A stretch of DNA of 64,000 bases from Microthyrium microscopicum (Eukaryota). The notes beneath the pieces were generated by a model. It did not search any database. It was not told the DNA's origin and saw only the letters and a list, made by a program, of their open reading frames with translations. This document shows positions 37,282 to 50,063 of this stretch, piece by piece (position 1 is the first letter of the stretch; the number at the start of each line of letters is the position of its first letter). The stretch spans positions 4,296,282 to 4,360,281 of the forward strand of contig MU004230.1 in assembly GCA_010405405.1 (NCBI GenBank). The letters run 5' to 3'. Position numbers and translations under genes: made by a program.

Positions 37282-38609
37282 ATGGGCTCTACAAAATCCG
37301 CCTTCGACCTCTCCACCTGCGCTCGCCCAAACATCCTCAAACTCGAGCCATACAGATGCGCCCGCGACGACTACAAAGATGACGGCACAAACATCCTTCT
37401 CGACGCCAACGAGAACGCCTACGGCTCCGGTCTTGATCTCGCCGCCGCTTCCTCAGTTACCGGCATAAGTTTGCAATCACTGAAGCTAAACCGCTATCCT
37501 GATCCGTACGTACTACATACCTTCCCTACCAGAGTAGTAGGTTTAAACTGACCGTGTGGACATACAGCCACCAAAATGAACTCAAACAACTCCTCTGCTC
37601 TCTCCGCAACACCCACACCCACACCTCCAAAACCCTTACACCAGCCAACCTCTTCGTCGGCGTCGGCTCTGACGAAGCCATTGACGCCCTCCTCCGCTGC
37701 TTCTGCACGCCCTCCGTCGACAAAATCCTCACCTGTCCACCGACCTACGGCATGTATACAGTCTCCGCGCAAGTCAACGACATTGCCGTCGTCAAAGTAC
37801 CACTCACATCCGACACGTTAACGCTCGACGTGCCCGCCATCAAATCCGCGCTGAGCGCCGACAAACACATCAAACTCGCATATCTATGTAGCCCAGGCAA
37901 CCCAACGGGCGCACTGTTGAAGAAAGACGATATCAAAGCGATACTGGAGCATGACTGGAATGGCGTGGTGGTTGTGGACGAGGCATATGTTGATTTTGCG
38001 GAGGATGGCACGAGTTTGGCGGAGTGGGTTACTGAGTGGCCGAATTTGGTGGTTATGCAGACACTTTCCAAAGCGTTTGGACTGGCTAGTATACGGCTTG
38101 GTGTGGCGTTTGCGGATCCGGCTGTTGCTAGGTTGCTGAATAGTCTCAAGGCGCCGTATAATGTGAGCACGCCGACAAGTGTGCTGGCTATACAAGCTTT
38201 GGAGCCGGCTGCGCTGGAGGGTATGCGCGCTACGAGAGCGAAGTTGGTGGCTCAGCGAGACCGGCTGGTGAAGGAGTTGCCGCGCATTGAGGGTGTGGGG
38301 CGGTTTAGGGGTGGATTTAGTGCGAACTTCTTGCTAGTGGAGATGTTGGATAGGCCTGGCGGTAAGCCGAGTAATGAGGTGGCATTGCAGGCGTATGAAG
38401 GGTTGGCGGAGGAGCGTGGTGTTGTGGTGAGATTTAGGGGCAAAGAGCAGTGGTGTGAAGGATGTTTGCGGATCACAGTTGGTACGGAGGCGGAGGTTGA
38501 TCGATTTTTGAAGGAGTTGCAGTCGACATTGAAGAATGTGTTTGCAAAGAAAGCTGCGGTGCCGGATGCTGAAAAGAAAGAGGAAGAGGCGAATAATATT
38601 GTCTCGTAG
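37282..38609 (+). CDS. his5: Histidinol-phosphate aminotransferase
   Basis: ARPNILKLEPYRCARDDY, LLDANEN, NRYPDP, GVGSDEAID, CSPGNPTG, VDEAY and QTLSKAFGLA (PLP Lys); one intron ~37506-37567. Confidence 0.95.
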
Positions 38610-38740
38610 AGAGAGTCGTAGACATGTATGTAATTAGCAAATACCATTAGACTGTCGATCCGTCTAACTATAGCAAGGGGTATCTATTGTGCAATTATGG
38701 TCTTGGTTTTAGAGTCTCAGAGGCTGTTCCCTGGTATCTA

Positions 38741-40053
38741 TCAGGCACCTAGACTCTGTAACGCTAGTCTAAACTCTTTCACAGCAGTCTCGACATCATC
38801 AAAGTTGAGTGCTGATAGGGCCCACTTTCCATGTTTCTGGGCTTGGAGAACAGCTTCGTCGTCATTTTTGTAGTTCTCTGGTCCCGAATGAAAATTTGAT
38901 GGAGGAGCTTGCTGGCGTGGGACTTGAGGAGGCGCTGAAGGGGCAGGAATATTCTGCTGATATGGTATGACGCTGGGCGGTGCTGAGGGTTGAGGCGTTG
39001 CCGGCGATCGAGTCTCCACCGGTGCTTGACTCCATACGCTTGGCGCAGCATATGGTGCCCGTTGAGTGTAGAAGTTTTGAGCATCCACTGGAGGAGAGGT
39101 AGGAAGTCCTGAGACATCCATGGGGCTTTGACCTGGCAAACTTGGAGCAGATGGACCTGCAGAAGCAGTAGCGAGATCCGGCGACGTTGCGTCTGCGGTG
39201 AAAGTGGGTACTTGAGGTTGACTTGAAGTTGATGGAAAATAACCGTCATTAGCATGTTCAGACTCTAGCGGCGAGACGTCTCCGCCAGATTGTTGCATGG
39301 GAGAGAATGAAGAGGTGGGAGGATGGCTGGCTGTAGCTTGAGTAAATGGAGAGGGCTGTTGGTGATCAGGTACATCTTCAACTGAAGGTTGTAGATGGGC
39401 TCCTGGATGGTTTGGATCTATGCCTGTCTCTAGCTCAACAGGTTCCTCCTCTTCTGGTGGTAGATTTGGGTCCTCCTTGGCCTTTACGGCCTTGAGGATG
39501 CGTAGCGCATGATATTTTGCGTACTTTGACTTTGCTGCAATCTCCGTGTTTAGTGGTTTTTGCCATATAGCCAAAAGGTCGAGAAAAGTTCTAGCTGCTT
39601 GAAAGACCTCAGCAGTATGTCTGATGAATGTTAGAAGATACGCACTAACACCACGTAGTATTTCTTACGCAGTCGCAGTACGTGATCGTAGTGCCTTGTC
39701 CGCTCTTTCAAATGTCTCTAGCGCAAACTGCTCAACGTAGGCTTGAGCTGCAGCATCGTCGTGAATAGCCTCATCTGCCTCGTTTTCCGTCTTGGACTGC
39801 TCTAGCTTGTCCATTAGACTGGCTGTAAAGAGCATGCATTCTTCATCGGATTTCTCCAGGCCCTTGGAGAGAATGGTTTCAACCACTAGTAAAGTGCCTA
39901 TCCTCATTAGCTCTTAACCTTGCAGGATATGTGCATATTATGCGACTTACACCAATATGCTATAGCTGGCTTGACCTTCTCTAGCTGATTAGCTCTGAGC
40001 ACGAATCGAGTGATATCCGCCGTTTTGAGAGCTGAGGGTATTGAAGATGCCAT
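38741..40053 (-). CDS. vta1: Vta1 (Vps4 cofactor, ESCRT)
   Basis: N-terminus MASSIPSALKTADITRFVLRANQLEKVKPAIAYW, MIT-like exons, KYAKYHALRI, Pro-rich linker and C-terminal VSL (AQKHGKWALSALNFDDVETA). Confidence 0.9.
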
Positions 40054-40320
40054 AGCTGCTGCTATGAAAGACGATCAATGATGCAGTCAGAGGACGAAAA
40101 GATCGATCGCAGAAAGTTCTGGAAATATCTCAACTCTAGGCTTCACTTTGGTAGATGCCAGAAATGAGGTCGGGGATAAGGACAGATGGTGGCTGGAAAG
40201 TCCGCATGATTCGCTGACTAAGACAGCTCTAAGGCTAAAGGCTCAAGTTGATCTCTGACGCTCACATTGCACTTTCCTCAATACATGAGATCTTTCAATA
40301 AAATCTGTCTGTTTAGGAAA

Positions 40321-40645
40321 ATGTTATCTCAGCAAGAAGCCGAAAAACAAGTGCGCTCATGGGGATTTAAACGCACTATACCTTGGACTGATGCGCCGCA
40401 TGTTGTCTCACCAAACTCATCAGGCTGAACACTAACAAGGCTGCAGAAACGCATACTATCCGCCACACTCCCACGGCCTCAATACTCATCTGATCTTGGA
40501 AGGCGAGCTGACTATTTGGTATCCGAATGATGAGTCGCCAAAGAAGGAAACTTTTGGTCCTGGGTCGCGACTCGACGTTGAAGCCGATAGAGTTCATGAA
40601 GTATGGGTGGGAGCTGAAGGTTGTCGAATGATTATAGGCGAGTGA
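40321..40645 (+). CDS. Small cupin-fold protein (not in ORF track; GC-AG intron)
   Basis: Splicing 40398-40446 gives MLSQQEAEKQVRSWGF...WTDAPNAYYPPHSHGLNTHLILEGEL...RLDVEADRVHEVWVGAEGCRMIIGE*, with cupin HxH..H and later His ligands. Confidence 0.8.
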
Positions 40646-41887
40646 TATGAATATTAAGATATTGACAATGGGACAAGCTGGGCACTACAATTGCTTCATC
40701 AGACTCTTTTGCCCTCAAGCCGAGTTTGTTCAAGTCTTCAAGAACGAGCGTGGTCCAATGTCTAGAACGAGGATTCCTGGGGGCTTGGTCAGGCTGAACT
40801 GGCAAATTGGCGTCTTTCAGCTCAAAGCTTCATATCAGAATTGTTACACATTACATCATGCATCAGGCATTCCGACAGTCAAATGTTTTGAAACAGCCAT
40901 GAACGGATCAGCGTTTGCGCATACCTTGCCTTTATGGTATCCGAAGCTTCATGCTTTGCGAAATAACGTGGCGATGCGCATGTACAGTAGAAACACGGCC
41001 TTTTGGCGCAATTTCGAAACACCAAAAACCGCCATTTCGACGACAGGTCTGGGGAACCCATGATTTTCACAAGGATGCAGGTCATTCAATTTTCGGAAAT
41101 CGGGAAGCGGCGGTATCCTGGGTGCAATTCAACAAATAAATTGGATACAATCTGCGCAGGGCTGCAACTGTTGAACGTCGCACGCGATATGGGTGACATC
41201 CCGACTCGCAGTACGGTAGTACTTGTACACCAAAGGCAATGACTTGGAGTAACAAAGATGATGCCTTCCCGTCAGTTCAAAGCCACTTTAGATCAACGGC
41301 TCTTTTCGACGTCATGTATTCATGCGTAGATCCGAGTGTAGCTGTACAAGACAGATTTTGTCATCAGATCAGGGTCACAAGGTGATGGAATGCTGAAAAT
41401 GCGATTTATTCGACAGGATAAAAAATGAAGCAACTTGAAAGGTAATTTGGGAGATTTTTGGCGCCTTTGGAAGAGGAAATGACCTCCTTTTGAAGATGGT
41501 TGGAAAAGCGGCTCCTAGGAAATGGTTCATTTCCTCAATTCTTCGTGTGCCAATGGATCGGCAGTCGCTACGATAGGCTCGTGGGATGTGAAGATGCACA
41601 TCTTTCCAAAAGGGGCAAAGTTCAGGAACAGAATCCTTCAGAACGGCTTTCTCAAGCGCGGGCGGCGATGCACCGCACCCTGCGGAACATTGCTGCTGGG
41701 CAGGTTGAAAGTTGAAAGTGGACAAGCACCACCACGCGTTGATCCGGGATTATTGAATTCTCGGCTTCTGGACCACTGACAGTGGGGAAGTGGAGCCTCT
41801 CGCGCTTGGAGCAGGGACTTTGCACCTCTGACGGGCCACGGCCGACGACCAATCTCTCCCTGGCAACAAGAAGCAAAATCTGGCGTA

Positions 41888-42193
41888 CCGAAAACTTCTG
41901 TTGAAACGCACAAAGCTAGCGTGCCTATTTGGATCAGATGAGGCTTTTGGGCTTGCGCTAGAAGGGGCAAAAGGGGTCATGAAGGGTTTTAACAGGGATA
42001 ATTTCTTCTAAATGTGGATTACTTACCGTCTTTACTACTTCGAAATACCTTGCAAAAGACCACTGAAGGGCCCTAAAATAAGCCTCTACAGGGGTAAGCT
42101 GCAGCCACCAGCAGGGGCGACGCCCGCTAGATTTAGTGGCACCGCGACCCAAATAGGCACGCTAGCTTTGTGCGTTTCAACAGAAGTTTTCGG
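41888..42193. mobile_element. MITE with perfect 45-bp TIRs and TA duplication
   Basis: TA|CCGAAAACTTCTGTTGAAACGCACAAAGCTAGCGTGCCTATTTGG (41886-41932) is the exact reverse complement of 42149-42195. Confidence 0.9.
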
Positions 42194-42963
42194 TATGAGA
42201 GCCCGTCGCAATTGTCGCAATCTGCGCCTGCAATGTCAATGTGCATGCAGCTCATGCATTGCCGTCTTTCCTCTGTGTTGTTTAAGTCTTCTGTTCCTGC
42301 TTGCATAAATCGACCTTAAGGTATGCATACGTGGTGTAAACAAAGCGCTATAGCATTGTATAGTCCCGTACCCCCATAAAGCAATAGATCATTGAAAAGG
42401 ACGCGAATCAAGCAGTCTGGAAGACTCTGGATCATTGTCAATGCCGTGATTTACCAAACCGTTACATTGATTATTTGGGAATTAGTCCATGAACCATCCT
42501 GGACTGGATGTACGCCAATATCCAAACGAACCAATGGCATCGGGAAGCAACATCCCCTTTTCCACTCCAGCCGCGATGCTTAACCAGCCTTGGAGCCCGC
42601 TTGACCAGCTTTGGACATGTCAACGCCACTGAAGTGTTGCTCTGGGCAATTGCACGAAGGCAAAAAAGTCAAGGGCGTTGTCCCAGACCACCAGCTGGTC
42701 TGTTTGGTGTATACCTCATTTCTCAGATCTTTAGCCTTCTTTGTCAACTAGAATTCCACATACCGCAGTTTAAGAACGCGTGTGAAGCCACTTTGCCCAG
42801 CTTTTCTTTCATCTCGTATCCTCTCTTGTCATCTTTGATCTTCACATTCCTTACTGCTGTATCAACAAACTACGATCATCTTCAAACCCGTATACCTTAA
42901 TTCACACCTACCAAACACTTCTTCAACTCTTCCACCACTTTACAGCAATCAACCAAGATCAAG

Positions 42964-43726
42964 ATGTTCTCAAAATCTATCGTCTCCGCTCTTCTCTTCG
43001 CCAGCCAGGCATTTGCTGCCATCAGCTTCACCTCTACGCCAAGCGCAGTTGTTGCTGGCCAAACATACACCCTCACATGGGTCACTGATGGCACAGGAGT
43101 AAGTTTTGACAACCAAACGCATTCAACAGAATTGAAGAACTAACAAATCGTAGCCAGTAACCATCCTCCTAAAGGAAGGAATCTCCACCAACCTCGCAAC
43201 CGTAGGAACACTCACCAGTAAGTCTCCCCACCACCACAACCATCCCCTTCACAAAAGCACATAACTAACATATCCTCCAGCCACTGGCGCCGGCGGTTCA
43301 TTCACCTGGACCGCACCCTCCACCTACGCCCCAGGAACAGACTACGCGTTCGAAATCGACCAAGAAGGCGAGGCCGTAAACTACTCCGGCCAATTCCCCT
43401 TCACCGGCGGCGTCGCCGTCTCATCCTCCGTCGCACCCATGTCATCCTCCGCCGCCGCATCGGCCAGCGGAAGCATGTCGATGACTGCCCCAGTATCCAG
43501 CGCGTCCTCGGCCTCTGCCGCCATGGTCAGCTCAGTGTCTGGCATGCCAAGCGGGTATAAGAACTCTACTGTCACTTCTACTGCTGGTGCCTCGACTCTC
43601 AAGCCAAGTGCTAGCTTGAAGCCAACTGCTACACCAACACCTGCGCCAGCGAACAGTGCTGCTTCGCTGGGAAGCCCAGTGGCGCTTGTGCTTAGTGTTG
43701 TTGCTGCTATGTTGTACCTCCAGTAA
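42964..43726 (+). CDS. Secreted Ser/Thr-rich GPI-anchored cell-wall protein (Kre9/Knh1-like N-terminal domain)
   Basis: Signal peptide MFSKSIVSALLFASQAFAA, then GQTYTLTW / VTILLKEG / SFTWT..YAFEI..NYSGQF, an S/T-rich stalk and a hydrophobic GPI tail. Introns ~43099-43153 and ~43218-43280. Confidence 0.85.
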
Positions 43727-44316
43727 ATGGAAGCAGTGTGTTCTGCGTTTTTCGTTCTTGATGCTGGGCTTCTATGTTTGGCTTTTTGGGGTTATTATTT
43801 TTATCAATTGGCGTTGTTCCTCCGATGAAAGGAGATGAGAAAATTCTTGGGGATCCTGTTTTATTGCTGTTTTATTACGAAGCTTCATGTGTCGAAGGAC
43901 GGATTTTGGAAAAACGTCTATGAGAAGGGCACCCGAATTGAAGTTGGGGGTTGGGCGCGGTGTGTTGTGGAAGACAAAGTATTATATCCAATTAATTGTA
44001 GTTATTAGATACCTTAGTATTATCCTGAACTCAATGAGAATTGATTCCATGATTAAATCTTGCTCTTTATTCTTGTGTTTGGCCACTGTCTTATATGTTG
44101 TGTCCCGAATGAGGTTGGAGTTTATGAGAAGGTGTACATGTACTTCTTTTTGAAACATGGGGACTACACATGCCTCGACATGTTTCTTGATGGATCCAAG
44201 CTCGATGTCGAATGAAACATTGATCTAAACATAGTAGTTCAGGCCATCCTCGAGTATTGGACTCGCTTCATGGGACGCCTGGCTTCGATCGCTTATCCAA
44301 ATTCCTTGAAAGCAAC

Positions 44317-45238
44317 TCATCCTTCAGTTGCTCCGGCTGTGGTGTCATCTATTTGCATAGCATCTGTTTGCACACCATTCCCATTCACAGTGACCTCTTC
44401 TTCATCCCACCAGAACATGCAACCCAGCAGGTTATCCGCCATCGATCCGACAATCGTATATGGCACCTTCTTCTGCACCACAACATCGCTGTTCGCCAAA
44501 TGAGGCGGCGTCTCCTTCTCGGGCGTCAAATCATGCCAAACCTCGCCCTCTACTCGTAAGCGGACCTGTTCATTCAATTCGTAAAAGTACGGGGTATTGT
44601 CAAACTCCCAAACCCAGACGCCATCAGCTGCCGAACTACCATCACCAATTAGCCCCAATACCACCCACACTATCCATATTTCTTTCTTTCACAAGACTTA
44701 CAAACGGCTTCCCTCCATCAATCTCCCCTCCGGCACCCAAATATCATCAAATAAATCCACACTAACCCGTATCCCATCTTTTGTCGCCTCCCTAATAGTA
44801 CCCTGAATAACCTCCCCCTTGAACGGCCGAAAGACGATAAGGCGAAAGACGACATTGACATTCACCATGCCATCGCCAGGAGAAATGAGGCCGTCGGACG
44901 CTTTAAGCAAGTCCCAGAAACGGATACAAAGGCCGACTTTTTGCAAGACTTTGTTGGCGTATTTGGTATGGATGTTGTCCATTATAGCCCATATGGGAGG
45001 CTTCTCGAGATCGTGGGGTGCTATGCGGACTACATCGGATATTGTGGCCTATGTCATAGATCAGTAACCAAATCACTGACTCATTGTTCCGTACAGTAGG
45101 CGCCATTCTTAGCAGAAGATCCGTAGAGTTAGGCCGTCATCGCAGTTTGGCGCACTCATTCCTTGGGCGGATAGATCTTGTGCCGCAGATAGTGTTGCAT
45201 GCCGTGGGTGTGCGAAAGGGACTTACGAGGACAAACAT
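44317..45238 (-). CDS. rpc25: RNA polymerase III subunit C25 (RPC8)
   Basis: MFVL|ATISDVVRIAPH...IHTKYANKVLQKVGLCI...VFRLIVFRPFKGEVI.G...GIRVS.D.FDDI...PYTIVGSM...LGC..WW. Confidence 0.9.
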
Positions 45239-46019
45239 TGCTGAATGATGGTCGCTTGAAAGGTCGCAAGCGCGATCGAGGGTTGGTGGATCAAGGAGGC
45301 AATTCAAGAATGCGATGTTTTAGTGTAGGATTTTGGGAATCGCCCATGGTCTTGGGACATGTGCGTTGATCCGAAGTAGTGGGTTGGGGATTTGGAGGCA
45401 GGTACGACTGGTTGTTTAGGAAGGAAGAAGCAGGATTATTTTTTTATGTCGCGGAAGGAACGTTGGGTGATGGTGGACCAAGCGCAAGCTCCAGTAGTCA
45501 TAAATTTGGACCCTCTCACAGCTCTCTATCATTTGATATTTAATTGTCCTGAATAATCCCGGTTGATCAGATACCCCCGCTTTTTGTGTGGATCAATAGT
45601 CTATACGCAGGGCTGTACAACATTGAAGAGTACAAGGGAAGCTCCTTGGCAATTCGAGAAGTTGTAATTAAGCGCAAGAAGGCCGCAGGCGACAACAAAA
45701 CCAAGCAAGTGTCCCTTGGCGCAAGTCAAGCAAGGGAAGTCGCAAACCTTGGCTCCCTCACGCGCGCCTTCTCCAAAGAGTCCAATCAGACGCGTCGCAG
45801 CGCCACTACTCTCTACTACCTCCATCAGATCCTAACCAACTCTTCCTCCACTATCTTCACACTACTCAAGCTCAGGCTATTGCTGTTCAGTCTGCAACAT
45901 ATATCGCCTCTCTGCCTGCTTCCTTGTCCTCTTCCTCTGCCTTTCCTTTTTACTCATCACTTGTGTTCGCTACTGCTACAGAGCCCTGAACCATACACGC
46001 GGTCCGTCGTACCATCAAC

Positions 46020-47670
46020 ATGGCCGGTCCTTTCTATCCCCCTCCTCCTCCTCCACCGCCCAACAATGGTTCCTTTGGCTTACCAAATGATCCAATGTCA
46101 GGCCGGAAGATCCCATCATCAGTTCATAGTCGCCCACCTCATGCTGGTGGTAATCGAGGCTATCGTCAACAGGGACACGTTACCCATCCACGATCTCAAG
46201 CTGCTTCTCATCCTCCTATTCCCAATCATGGCGCTCAGTCCTATCAAACTCCCTCTTCAGGCTATCAAGGTGCTCCAACTTCCATGCCATATGGACAAGA
46301 TGCCTACTCAGGTTATCGTACCAGTGCGCCAACCAATATCGGTTATGCTCAAGCTTATAACCAAAATGGCTACAATGCCAATACCAACCCCCAATATGGA
46401 GCCCATGGTCAGACTTCATGGAATCCTGCACAGCATTACACTCCTCCCGCACAACCAATGAACGGAGCTGCTTATCCCAATTACTCTCCTGCTTCTGTGC
46501 CACAGCAACCTCCCAATCCGCAGTATTATCCTCCCAATCCAGCGGCTGCCCAGGCTTATCCCAATTACCCATATAACAATTATCCTATTCAGCCCACTCC
46601 TCCCCAATCTGGTTTTGCGTATGCGGCACCACCTCCACCACCGCCTCCTCCCCCTCAACCTGCTCAAGTTCATGCTCAAGCTCAAGGTTATGGAAATGGC
46701 CCAAGAAACAATGACAATCGATCTAACAATTCCCATCGCCGAGGCTCCCATCGTCAGCATGATGCTGGACGTGGTCAGAAACGGAAGAGAGAGCAATCTC
46801 CAAGTCGTGCCAAGTCTGTAAATTCTACTGTTCTTGGTCAACGCGGCAATCATCAGCCAAATGGCAAGCATAGGCTCAAAGTTCAAGTCCCAGCTCCTCC
46901 GCCAGTTCCAGTCTTTGGAGGAATTCATGCCCTGCCACCAAAGCCTCCTGTTGTGGTACCCCCTGCCCCTCAGCATCAAACCACTCGCAAAAAGCTGCTT
47001 GTGAAGAAGCGTAAACCCAATACTCTTGGTCTGAACCCTTCTGGTGATGTTAATGAGGATTCTGACATTGACGAGGAGGCTGTATTCGCTGCATCTGGCG
47101 CTGCGTATGTATCACGATTCAGTTCTGCTATCTCATACTAATGTTTTGCAGTGCACAAGTCTCCCATAATGGACAGACATTCACATTCAACTCCCCTGCA
47201 GACATCAAGAGTTGGCTATCCCAGCGCAAAGAGCGATTTCCAACCTCTGAGCGTGTAGCGGCTCGCAAAGATCGTATCGAGAAGCGCAGACAAAAGAAGG
47301 AAGCCAAGAAACTTGCTCTTCAGCTCGCAAAATCTACCGTCTCGGACAGTGATGCTCCCCCAGAGGCAGAGCCCATTAAACAAGAAGCACCCAAGGACGT
47401 TGCCAAAGTTGTCAAGCGTCCTCGGATAGACACCAATAGACCTTGTCGGTACTTTGTCGAGCATGGTGCTTGCCAGCGCAAGCATTGTAGATTTCAGCAC
47501 CGAAAACCCACTCTGGAAGAAAGAGTGAGTTATCTTCTCGATGATATTTGAAAAGAGCCTAGCTGACAGGTGACTATCAGCTGAAGATTGCCGAAGAAGG
47601 GTCAGAGCTCCTTCGAATGCTCGGCTTGATAAAGAACATGGCGGCCAAGGGCTTCTTTGATAAAGAGTGA
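46020..47670 (+). CDS. Pro/Gln-rich protein with NUFIP1 (Rsa1-like) motif and CCCH zinc finger
   Basis: DIKSWLSQRKERFPT motif and CRYFVEHGACQRKHCRFQH CCCH finger. Introns ~47105-47151 and 47526-47580. Confidence 0.75.
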
Positions 47671-47825
47671 TTGAAGTGTAGTAGATTTGGGACTTGATGG
47701 TCCTGAGGTATGTATGTATATTTTCAGGATCTATAATGTATAAATAGCTTGAAGATATATTCTCCAATTCCAGGATCTTGTCTCATCCTATGATTGCTTT
47801 ACTTACCTTGTCTAGCAGACATTAG

Positions 47826-49617
47826 CTACTTTTTCATTTTCTCCAGAGATTCTTGCGCAATTTTCCACTCAGTCTTCGCCGCCCAATCTCGCATCTTCTC
47901 CATATCTTTCCGCGCATGAAGCGATTTGGCACTATCCTTATTGCTAAGCTCCTTGATGTGCGGTTCTACAATGCCTCCAAACCTCCACGTTAAAAAGGCA
48001 CACATCACCGTCCCTGCCCCAAACGCTTTGATTCTGTTCAGATATATCGCCGCTGCCAAACCCATCTGCACCTTCTCGCGATCAAACGGCAGCATTCCCA
48101 CATCTGGCAGTAGATGCAGCACAATCGCGATCCTCACATAATGCATCAGCCTTAGCGGATCATGCTCTTCCGGCCGCTGCACTGGATCTACGACCATTGC
48201 TAGCTGTACACTGAGTTTCAACGCAAGCAGCCATTTCCCTGATGGCTTCATTTCTGATAGCATCGTTGTTTGTACCATCTCGGTATACGGTTGTCGGTAC
48301 ATTGGCCATACGCCGCTCTTCTCGTACCACGATAGGTCGAGCGTCCGCCCTTGAGCCTCGGCCACCATATCCGCCGCCGTAAATATCCTCACATCTTCAT
48401 CTTTATCATGTAGACCAAACGTATCCGCCCCACCAGCCATCCCCTTACTCGCCTCCAGTGCCCGTGGCGCAGCAAGTTTCAATATCTCTCGCATCTCTTC
48501 TTTGAACTCCTCCCGTGCTTGCGCTCTTAGCGGGAACACGTCGCGCCAAGTCGTGCTTCCTTGGACACAGAGTGGGCAGGCGCAGGTAAATGCCCAGGTC
48601 GTTTCAAGTTCGCGCTGCCGTGTGTGGAACGGGTAGGAAGTGTCGACGTACGCGATTGTGACTTCTTCGTTTTTTGCAATTGGGCGGAGGGCGCGGATGC
48701 TGGCGGCCTGCCCGTTTTGCGTGACAAAGGCGTTGGGAGCGCAGGAGTGGTTGGCGCGGGCTATCAGTGGGCAGAAGGCCATTCCTAGGGGGTCGAGGAA
48801 GTTGGAGGTTAGTGTGTAGGCGTTTGATTTTATCTAGGGGAGTATTAGCATATCTGAGGAGAGAATAGAGCTGTTTGGGGGGTGGGTTTACAATGTCGGC
48901 CATGGTGAATGCAAATGCGAGACCAGGTTTTGCGCCATCAACACCGCCGATGGGCGTCGTTTCTGTAATCCCAGCAATTTTCATCGCGAGATTGACGATG
49001 GTTCTCAATCTGGCGGCAGTTTTCTTGGGCCGGCAGTATCCGCCTTGTAAATCTTGAAAGTTATCCCAATCTTCCCTCATCAACGTGCCTTTACGATTCA
49101 TAATAAGCAACTGCGCCAGACCCCTCGTAAGCTCCTCTTTCAAAACATCCCTCTCACTAGCCCCGAGTTTCGCAAGCGTTTTGCACTCGTGTTTATGCCA
49201 CTGTCCCCAAGCCATCTCCTGACATTCCTACACCACACATATATCAGCACCCCCTTCCCCCATCATCTGCACTTTAGGCCAACTTACTCTACCGCAAAAT
49301 CCTACAGTCTTACACCGCGCACACATCTTTATCTTCGTTAATTCCCCTTGCGACCCATCAGGTACTGACTGGATCCACTGTCGTGCGCCATCTTCTTCCC
49401 AGCCAAAGCAGTTTGCGCACGCGGTCGTGTGTTTGTCCCATTCGATTATGCCGAGGGTTATGCGTGGCGTGTTGTGTAGGTGTGCGCCGGCGTTGCAGGC
49501 GCGTGTTGCGAAGAGGCCTTGGCCTTCGGGGCGTTTGTCGAGGCCGGCTTTGCGGCGTTGGAGGTTGTTGAGGGGTGGGTCGGAGGCGGCGGTGGGGAGG
49601 GGGATGGCACGGCTCAT
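47826..49617 (-). CDS. SET and MYND domain lysine methyltransferase (SMYD-like)
   Basis: GQGLFA, CANC..CARC...FC...CQ..W.QWHKHEC (MYND), ANHSCAPNA, EEVTIAYVD and FTCACPLC post-SET; two introns. Confidence 0.85.
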
Positions 49618-50063
49618 TTTGGTGGTGGTGATGGTTTAGCTGGAGTACGGGGGATCTGAGATTTGAGACTGTGGGTGGGAGATATGTTGTTTGGTCAAAT
49701 TGTGGTGTTGCTATTTTTTGGATAGAAATGTGGTTGATCGGGGAAGGCGGGCCGCTATCCTGAGAACCAGAATGGGCGATTTAGGCTGTGATTGGCGGGT
49801 ATGATCTTGGTGTTGAAGTCGAAAATAATTGATCGTTAACGCTGTAGATACCAATACAATTATACAGAGAGAGGAATCATCATGACAAGAGATATCAATG
49901 TGATGTAAAATCTTTGGGTGTTGCACGCACGTCAAAATACGGTCACGAGTTTCAGCCTTGTGATTGATATTTTCAGCCTTGTCAAGTCAGGTATCAAAAT
50001 AAGCAGCTTCATTTCAGAATTTTTCATTCTAAACCAGTCTAATCCATCTGGGGGATTAGTAGA

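Noticed and set aside
40983..41220. Possible solo TIRs (TA|CAGTAGAAAC..., ...GTACGG|TA)
   Set aside because: No matching partner repeats found.
45049..45226. Intronic C/D snoRNA in the long first rpc25 intron
   Set aside because: Only an imperfect C box; the CTGA coincides with the branch point and no rRNA guide was identified.
45586..46461. 291-aa plus-strand ORF
   Set aside because: Alternative-frame overlap of the Pro-rich gene and its leader, non-ATG start, no motifs.
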